DNA of 64,000 nucleotides, from NCBI GenBank assembly GCA_965248575.1, contig CBDFJQ010000002.1, forward strand, positions 2,912,001 to 2,976,000. Direction: 5' to 3'. Each line of letters starts with the position of its first letter. Position 1 is the first letter of the stretch. Positions 57,758 through 64,000 of this stretch are shown here, one piece after another. The translations under genes were made by a program, and so were the position numbers. Below the pieces are notes generated by a model that had not been told where the DNA came from, ran no database searches, and was given only the letters and a program-made list of their open reading frames with translations. The stretch is from Planctomycetota bacterium (GTDB lineage: Bacteria; Planctomycetota; B15-G4).

Positions 57758-59326
57758 GTGCACCCGGAGCTGTTTCTCAAGCTCGTCTTTCGGAAGGCCC
57801 TCGCAGCCGCCGTCCTGCTCTGCAGCCTCCTGGCTGGACCCTTGCTGGCTACCCAGGCCGCTCCTGGGGCCGCTCCTGGGGCCGCTCCTGGGGCCGCTCC
57901 TGGGCCCAGCCCTGGCAGCAGGGCCGGGCAAAAAACAGCGGTCCCCACCCCAGAGGCGGAAGCCGAGCAGGGAGAAATCCAGTCCGCTGAGCAATTCGCG
58001 GAGCTCCTCCAGCAGGCCATCCTGCTGGAGGTCAAGGCCCAGAATCATGAGCGGGCCACCTTGGGTGCCGAGGAGATCGAGCGTTTGGGCGGCATGCTCC
58101 TCAAGCGCCGTCAGCGGATCGACGTCGACAGGCAGGACTTCGAAGGGCGCCTCGAAACGGTGTCCCTCAAGGCACTGAAATTGCCGACGTCGGGCGAGGG
58201 CGACTCCCTCTCCACAAAGGAGCTGCTGGCCCTCTCCAGCCTCGAGATCGCGTACCAGAAGACCCGCAACCCCACCGAGCTCAAGGCCTACATGGCGGGG
58301 AACGAGAAGTTCCTCAGCACGGCGGACTGGGGCGAGCGCACGAAAGCCGTGCGGCAACGCGACGCCATCATCGACCGGGAAGCCGAGCTGCTGCGCATGG
58401 CTGGCGTGGGCCGCGGCATCGTCCGGCGCGAGGTGGAACCGTCCGAGGTGGAGTTCATGATAGTCACCCTGCGGCGCATGGTGCCGCAGTTGCTCGCCAA
58501 ACAGACCGACGTAAACGCCCTGCTGCTCGAGGACGAGGACTTGCGTCAGACGGTGGTCGCCGAAGCGCTGGATTTCTTGAAGACGCCGACCGTGTCCACC
58601 ATCCCCACCGAGGACTCGCGCACCCTGGCAGGGCGCCTGCCCGAGTTGGGATTGGCCCTCGTGGAGGCCTCCAATCTCCGAGAGCTGCGCGAAGAGATGA
58701 CGGTCATCGAGGTGGAGATTGCCGACCTCGATCTGCGCCTGGCAGACCGGGGTGTCAGTTCGCTTTCGCCCACCGAGCGCAAGCAGAAGACGAACCGTTG
58801 GTCAGAGCTGCAGAACCGCCAGTCCATCCTTCAACACCAATGGACGCGCACGCCCCCAGCGGAACCGGAGTTGAGCGGACTACTCACGGCCCAAGACGAG
58901 GTCATCCGGCGCAGCATGTTCGAGCTGGGTCATCGCGGCGCGCTCTTTGCGCACCGCTACGACGCCCAGCTCCAGGACACGGAACTCGACCTGCAAACGC
59001 CCTACAGCACGTGGCAGCTCGTCGAGGAGCAGGCCACCTTGATCAGTGACCTGGAGGAGGCCCGCCCCGACCCCGGCCCCCTGGCGGGCCTGCCACCACG
59101 CCTCGACCCGCGCTACCTCAAGGCCCAGAAAGACCTCATCCTGGCGGTCAAGAGGTCCAGACCGGACCTCTTCCGCCGACTGCCGCCGCCGAGCAAGCCC
59201 AAGAACATCAAGCTCGTCACTCCCAAGGCCTCGGCCATCAAGGCTGCGGCGAAGCAGCCCAGGAAGAAGAAGTCCAGTGGTGGGAGACGGCGGAGTTCCG
59301 GGGGTGGTCGGGGCCGGAGGCGCTAG
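57758..59326 (+). CDS. Hypothetical exported helical protein with Arg/Gly/Lys-rich tail
   Basis: Signal-like hydrophobic stretch, AAPG repeats, coiled-coil-like segments, KKKSSGGRRRSSGGGRGRRR end. Start uncertain. Confidence 0.7.
   Translation: MHPELFLKLVFRKALAAAVLLCSLLAGPLLATQAAPGAAPGAAPGAAPGPSPGSRAGQKTAVPTPEAEAEQGEIQSAEQFAELLQQAILLEVKAQNHERATLGAEEIERLGGMLLKRRQRIDVDRQDFEGRLETVSLKALKLPTSGEGDSLSTKELLALSSLEIAYQKTRNPTELKAYMAGNEKFLSTADWGERTKAVRQRDAIIDREAELLRMAGVGRGIVRREVEPSEVEFMIVTLRRMVPQLLAKQTDVNALLLEDEDLRQTVVAEALDFLKTPTVSTIPTEDSRTLAGRLPELGLALVEASNLRELREEMTVIEVEIADLDLRLADRGVSSLSPTERKQKTNRWSELQNRQSILQHQWTRTPPAEPELSGLLTAQDEVIRRSMFELGHRGALFAHRYDAQLQDTELDLQTPYSTWQLVEEQATLISDLEEARPDPGPLAGLPPRLDPRYLKAQKDLILAVKRSRPDLFRRLPPPSKPKNIKLVTPKASAIKAAAKQPRKKKSSGGRRRSSGGGRGRRR
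57856..57903. repeat. 12-bp tandem repeat GGCCGCTCCTGG x4
   Basis: Four exact copies, encoding (AAPG)4. Confidence 0.95.
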
Positions 59327-59342
59327 GCATCGCGCCCTGCTC

Positions 59343-60575
59343 CTAGACCTCTTCGGTGGTCGGGGCGCCGTAGCTCTCGTAGGTTTCTACGGGGATGTAG
59401 TCGTTCAGGAAGTCGAAGTTCGACGCTTCCTTGATCAGGTTGCGGGCCACCACCATGCGCTGCACCTGGTTCGTGCCTTCGTAGATCTGGGTGATCTTGG
59501 CGTCGCGCATGTACTTCTCGATGGGGTAGTCCTTCATGTAGCCGTAACCACCGAAGATCTGCACCGCGTCGGTGGTGACCTCCATGGCTACGTCTGTCGC
59601 GAAGTTCTTGCTCATGGCGGCCAGCTTGGTGATCTGTGGCGTGTCGCCAAGGTCTACCGCTGTCGCTGCGCGCAGGACCAGGCTGCGTGCGGCCTCGACC
59701 TTGCTCGCCATGCTGCCGAGCATGTCCTGCAGCACTCCCATGGAGGCGATCTTCTTGCCGAACTGCTCGCGCCGCATCGCATAGGTCACCGCGTACTCCA
59801 GGGCGCCCTGTGCAAGACCGACACCTTGTGCGGCCACACCGGGTCGCGCCCGGTCGAGGGTCGCCATGGCGTGCTTGAAGCCATAGCCGGGACGCCCGCC
59901 CAGCAGGTTCGCGGCAGGAACCCGCACGTTGTCGAAGTGCGTTTCGACCACGGGCACCGCGCGAATGCCCATCTTGTTCTCCACCTTCTTGACGGAGAAG
60001 CCCGGCATTCCCTTCTCGACCATCAGCGCCGAGATGCGGCGACTGCGGCTCTTCTCATCGGTGACGGCGAACACGGTGTAGAAGCTCGCCACACCACCAT
60101 TGGTGGTCCACTTCTTCTCACCGTTGATGACCCACTCGTCACCGTCCAGGTGAGCGCGGCAACGCATGCCGCCCGCATCGCTGCCGGCGAATTTCTCGCT
60201 CAGGCAGAAGGCGATCATCTTCTCGCCCTTGGCGATCTGGGGCAGCCATGATTTTTTCTGTTCCTCGGTGCCACCCACCAGGATCGGGAAGGAGCCCAGG
60301 GCATTCACGGCGTAGGCCACGCCCGTCGCGCCACACGCACGGCTCAGCTCTTCAACGACATAGCAGAGCGCCACGATGCCCGCGCCATGCCCGCCGTATT
60401 CCTTGGGAATCCAGACTCCGAGCAGGCCGTTCTCGATGTACGCCTGCCGCACCTCCTCCGGGTACTCCTGCAGCTCGTCGTATTTGGCCGCGATGGGGCG
60501 AACCACCTCCTCAGCGACCTTTCGAGCAACTTCTTTCCAATGCAGGGCTTCTTCGGTGATGACGATCTGGCTCAC
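59343..60575 (-). CDS. Acyl-CoA dehydrogenase
   Basis: FCLSE..AGSD, NGEKKWTTNG, KMGIRA, REQFGK, QIFGGYGY, RDAKITQIYEGTNQVQR. AGGAGG RBS before GTG. Confidence 0.95.
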   Translation of the reverse strand: MSQIVITEEALHWKEVARKVAEEVVRPIAAKYDELQEYPEEVRQAYIENGLLGVWIPKEYGGHGAGIVALCYVVEELSRACGATGVAYAVNALGSFPILVGGTEEQKKSWLPQIAKGEKMIAFCLSEKFAGSDAGGMRCRAHLDGDEWVINGEKKWTTNGGVASFYTVFAVTDEKSRSRRISALMVEKGMPGFSVKKVENKMGIRAVPVVETHFDNVRVPAANLLGGRPGYGFKHAMATLDRARPGVAAQGVGLAQGALEYAVTYAMRREQFGKKIASMGVLQDMLGSMASKVEAARSLVLRAATAVDLGDTPQITKLAAMSKNFATDVAMEVTTDAVQIFGGYGYMKDYPIEKYMRDAKITQIYEGTNQVQRMVVARNLIKEASNFDFLNDYIPVETYESYGAPTTEEV

Positions 60576-60672
60576 GGAGGGCCTCCTAGGTGAGAATGCC
60601 GGGTCTTCCAAGACCGCCGCCTCGAGATTGCGGCGAGCCCAACAGGATAGCGGCGAACAAGCCCCAACCGCC

Positions 60673-61500
60673 ATGGCCACCATCTATAGAGCACTCTGCG
60701 TCAGCATCCTCCTGGTCTGGGGATATGTGGTCTTCACGGGCCTCGGCGTAGGCGGGGCCGCCGACCCGGCTGGCTCCCAGGCCGCCCTCGCCTGGCATCT
60801 GCGAGTCGGCCTGGCGGGCACCATTGTGCTCGCCCTGGTGCAATCCCTGCCCTTCGCCTACTTCCTCGGTTCACATTTCTGGGTGAAGAAGTTCGCGGAA
60901 ACCGCGCGGGCCGGCGACGACTGGACCGAGCGGCACAAGCTGTGGATGAAGGGGTCGGCCTTCAAGGCGCTCAGTTTCGCTCCCATGATCACCATGGCCG
61001 TGGCCATCGCTGGCAGCATGGTCGAGACTGGACGGGTGCCGCACTGGGTCCACCCCAGCCTGGTGCTCGCGTCCATCGTTGCCCAGCTGGTGTGCGTCGT
61101 GCTCGTGCCACGGGCCATGCTGCGCAATGCGGCTCTCATGGACGAGCTGGCGGACAAGCACCAGGTCCCCTCCCCCGGCACCCCGGAGATGGAGCAGCTC
61201 ATCCAGGAAGAGGAGGCCGTCGCCCTCCCGCCGCTCTTCCAGCTCTCCCGCATCTGCATGCTCTTCGGGGGACAAAGCGTGCTGCTCTGGCTCTACCTGC
61301 GCTTTGGTACCGAGGGCTACCGCCAGGCCCCGGCCCTGCCGTTCATGCTCGGCGCCTGCGTGCTCGTTTCGGTGGGCCTCGGACTCAATGCCCGTTACGA
61401 TCCCTCGCTGCCTTTGTCCGCAGCGAAAGCCTGGACGCGAACGATCACCGTGGGCGTGCTGTCGTGCGCTGTCGTGCTAGGCGTCACCTTCTTCCTGTAG
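60673..61500 (+). CDS. Hypothetical multi-pass membrane protein
   Basis: About seven hydrophobic segments. His residues at TM edges (WHL, SHF, WVH). Confidence 0.7.
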   Translation: MATIYRALCVSILLVWGYVVFTGLGVGGAADPAGSQAALAWHLRVGLAGTIVLALVQSLPFAYFLGSHFWVKKFAETARAGDDWTERHKLWMKGSAFKALSFAPMITMAVAIAGSMVETGRVPHWVHPSLVLASIVAQLVCVVLVPRAMLRNAALMDELADKHQVPSPGTPEMEQLIQEEEAVALPPLFQLSRICMLFGGQSVLLWLYLRFGTEGYRQAPALPFMLGACVLVSVGLGLNARYDPSLPLSAAKAWTRTITVGVLSCAVVLGVTFFL

Positions 61501-61546
61501 CGCCCATTCGTTTCTGCGCACCTGCCCGCGCCCCCGGATCCCCTTC

Positions 61547-62014
61547 ATGTCCATCTCAGCTCGACGCAACGTGGTCTTTCTCGTATGGGCGGCCGTGGGC
61601 GTGATGCTCATCTGGCGCGGTCTGCCGTACACGGGCTTTCGCGAGCTCCCCGATGTTGTCGGCCTGGAAGGCAATGACCGCTGGATCGCCGTGGCAGTCG
61701 CCATCGTCGTGGGCTTCGGCAAGGGCTTCACGGCCTTGCGCAAGGGTGCACGGCGAGCGGTGACGCACATCGAAAAGCAAGGTGCCCAGGCTCCCTTCTG
61801 GTCCGTCTTCAGCCCCGTCATGATCCTGCTCGTCCTCATCATGGTGGGAGCCGGCCTGGCGCTGCGACTCTCGCCCTACGACGACGGCATCAAGGCCTGG
61901 ATCGTCGGCATCCTCTACCCAGCCATTGGCATCGCCCTCTTCATCGGGGGTTTTCTTGCGCGCAGCGTGGAGGGGCTCGAGCCGTCCAACGCAGCGGGCG
62001 CAACGGAGTCCTGA
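61547..62014 (+). CDS. Hypothetical 4-TM membrane protein
   Basis: VWAAVGVML..RG, G.GKG, MVGAGLALR, LYPAIGIAL. Confidence 0.75.
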   Translation: MSISARRNVVFLVWAAVGVMLIWRGLPYTGFRELPDVVGLEGNDRWIAVAVAIVVGFGKGFTALRKGARRAVTHIEKQGAQAPFWSVFSPVMILLVLIMVGAGLALRLSPYDDGIKAWIVGILYPAIGIALFIGGFLARSVEGLEPSNAAGATES

Positions 62015-62086
62015 ATTGACGCAGGCGTGGGTCATGGAAGGCAGGGCCTTGGATGAGGTCTCTCTGCTGCGGCGGAAGGCCTGAGG

Positions 62087-62527
62087 GTGGCGCGCTTTCC
62101 CGGCACGGAATCGCACCAGAATCGTGCGGGCCTGCGGCCCGGGCAGGCCGTCCGTTGCCGCCGCTCGCAGGCCAATGCAGACCGCGGCATGGCGGACCGC
62201 CGGGGCTTCCTTGCGGAGGTGCGGCAGGACCGGGTGTGCGTTCTGCACGACGCCGACGGCCGTTCGATCTGGCTCGAAAACGTGGATGTGCTCCCGGAGC
62301 CACTGCCATCGGATCACGCCCTCAGCCCGCTGCATGAGGCATACACCTGCCTCGGTGGCCATCGCTTGGAGTTCGAGGAAGGGGTGGGCATCAGCATTTT
62401 CAGCGAAGGCTTCCCCGCCGAACGCCTCGAGGCCCTGCGCGAGCACCTGGGCAACCGACTCCTGGGTCTGGAGGTCGCCGCCTTCGGCGTCCATGAGCTG
62501 GCAGTCCACCTGCGGCTGAGCGACTGA
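62087..62527 (+). CDS. Hypothetical protein
   Basis: Open frame with coding-like codon bias. Start uncertain. Confidence 0.5.
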   Translation: MARFPGTESHQNRAGLRPGQAVRCRRSQANADRGMADRRGFLAEVRQDRVCVLHDADGRSIWLENVDVLPEPLPSDHALSPLHEAYTCLGGHRLEFEEGVGISIFSEGFPAERLEALREHLGNRLLGLEVAAFGVHELAVHLRLSD

Positions 62528-62673
62528 GCGTCGGCCCCCTGGCCCTGCTAGAGAAGCTGGCCAGCAACTTGCCCTGAACTAGGATGGTTGACTGGACCGC
62601 ATGGGAGGGGCCGTCTATCATGCCGCTCCATTTTGCCTTCCATCGAAGTTTGAGACCCAACGAGTACGGACAC

Positions 62674-62904
62674 ATGGCTGACGTCACCGACAAGTACGCA
62701 GACAACGTCGACGGACCTTTCTACGTCGACACGCAGTGCATCCTCTGCCACCTGTGCTCCGACATCGCACCGGCATTCTTCAAAGAGAGCCCGGACGGCG
62801 ACCACGACTTCGTGCACACCCAGCCGTCCTCGGACGAAGACATCGCCCTCTGCATCGAGGCGATGGAGCAGTGCCCGGTCGAGTCCATCGGCGCGGACGG
62901 CTAA
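62674..62904 (+). CDS. Ferredoxin (single Fe-S cluster)
   Basis: NVDGPFYVDTQCILCHLCSDIAP...AMEQCPVESIG. TGGACC-N17-TATCAT upstream. Confidence 0.92.
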   Translation: MADVTDKYADNVDGPFYVDTQCILCHLCSDIAPAFFKESPDGDHDFVHTQPSSDEDIALCIEAMEQCPVESIGADG

Positions 62905-62907
62905 GCA

Positions 62908-62932
62908 CGTACCCGGGGAAGCCCCGGGTACG
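62908..62932. terminator. Hairpin between convergent genes
   Basis: CGTACCCGGGG-AAG-CCCCGGGTACG, 11-bp stem, no U-tract. Confidence 0.55.
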
Positions 62933-63026
62933 GCCCCGGTTGCAGCCCCGGTTGCAGCCCTAGCTTCAGCCTAGGCCGGTACACCGAGGGGGTCTTCTTC
63001 GGGAGCCCCCGCGGTCACGATGCCCG

Positions 63027-64000
63027 CTAGCTCCGGACGCCTGCGTCCTTGAGTACTTGCACGATGGGCTCGTACTTCCCGAAGGGTGGGAAGATATAGG
63101 TCCCGCGCACACGTTCGGTGTATCCGGCGGCGGCCTCCAGGCACTCGGTGGCAACGCGCACGCCCACGGCCCGCTGGTCGTCCTTGCTTCGTGCCGCCCG
63201 CAGGCGTTCCAGGATCGGCTCGGGCACTTCCATGCCCGGCACCTCCCGCGTGAGGAACTCGGCGTTCTTCAGGGAGGCCAGGGGCAGGATGCCGACGAAG
63301 AACGGGATGTGCGGAATGTCCTTCGAGAGCTCGAGGAAGCGCTCAAGGCGCTTCACGTCGTAGACCGGCTGGCTGAAGACATACTCGGCGCCCGCCTCGA
63401 TCTTGCGTCGCAGGCGATCCACCTCGTGCTCGACATCCAGGGCGCCGGGGTTGCAACCCACCCCGATCACGAAGTCGGTGCCCTCGTTCTTGCCCACCGG
63501 CTTGCCGGAGAGGTCGAGGCCATGGTTCAGCTTGCGGGCGAAGTCCACCAGCCCGATGGCATCCACGTCGAAGACAGCGGTGGCGTCGGGAAAGTTCCCC
63601 ATCTTGGGCGGATCGCCCGTGATCAGCATCAGGTTGCGCAAGCCCAGGCAGTGCGCGCCGATCAGGTCCATCTGCATCGCCAGCACATTCCGATCGCGGC
63701 AGCAGTAATGGATGATGGTCTCGATGCCCACGGCCTGCTTCACCAGCACAGCCAGCGAGCTCGGGTTCATGCGCGCCATGGCACGCGGGCCGTCGGCGAT
63801 GTTCACCGCGTCGATGCCGTTGTCGTGCAAGAAGCGTGCTGACTCAAGGGAGCGGGTGGGGTCCAGACCGTGAGGTGGGTCCAACTCCACGCTGACCTGG
63901 AAGGTGTTGCCCAACTTGGCGCCCCAGGGGCTTCGCTCGGCGACGGGCTTCGGCGTCACCATCGCCTCCACCCCAGGCGCCTTCGGGTCCACCGTGATGC
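63027..64000 (-). CDS. C-terminal MTHFR domain of a bifunctional homocysteine S-methyltransferase/5,10-methylene-THF reductase (5' part outside the window)
   Basis: SVELDPP, VNIADGPRAMARM, HYCCRDRN, ITGDPPK.G.FPDATAVFD, KIEAGAEY.FSQPVYD. Confidence 0.9.
   Translation of the reverse strand, partial: ITVDPKAPGVEAMVTPKPVAERSPWGAKLGNTFQVSVELDPPHGLDPTRSLESARFLHDNGIDAVNIADGPRAMARMNPSSLAVLVKQAVGIETIIHYCCRDRNVLAMQMDLIGAHCLGLRNLMLITGDPPKMGNFPDATAVFDVDAIGLVDFARKLNHGLDLSGKPVGKNEGTDFVIGVGCNPGALDVEHEVDRLRRKIEAGAEYVFSQPVYDVKRLERFLELSKDIPHIPFFVGILPLASLKNAEFLTREVPGMEVPEPILERLRAARSKDDQRAVGVRVATECLEAAAGYTERVRGTYIFPPFGKYEPIVQVLKDAGVRS

Overview
High-GC bacterial chromosomal window, densely packed with about 55 CDSs and one tRNA-Gly(GCC). 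DUF1570-like, FG-GAP and bL37-type proteins suggest Planctomycetota (inference). Housekeeping and metabolic genes: thiolase, dusB, UbiD-family decarboxylase, PNP/hpt, xylA/xylB, fhs, a sugar ABC transporter, add, speA, thiD, purB, nadC, acyl-CoA dehydrogenase, ferredoxin and the end of a Hcy-methyltransferase/MTHFR gene. These are mixed with many exported proteins (peptidases, FG-GAP, PDZ, lipoproteins). No transposase, integrase, prophage or CRISPR array was found. Best hidden signals: (1) an exported selenoprotein that the ORF track splits at an in-frame UGA (W-U-A-G-C redox motif plus a GGUCU-loop SECIS-like hairpin), with a Trx-TPR-DsbD-alpha-like architecture; (2) a missed 32-aa bL37-like ribosomal protein; (3) a PDZ protein with a (LKx)16 repeat and a Cys-heptad tail; (4) a pair of CCxxC metal-binding proteins; (5) repeated leaderless-promoter signatures; (6) several 12-bp tandem repeats and long inverted repeats. 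All family assignments come from motif recognition by eye, with no database searches, and many start codons are best guesses.
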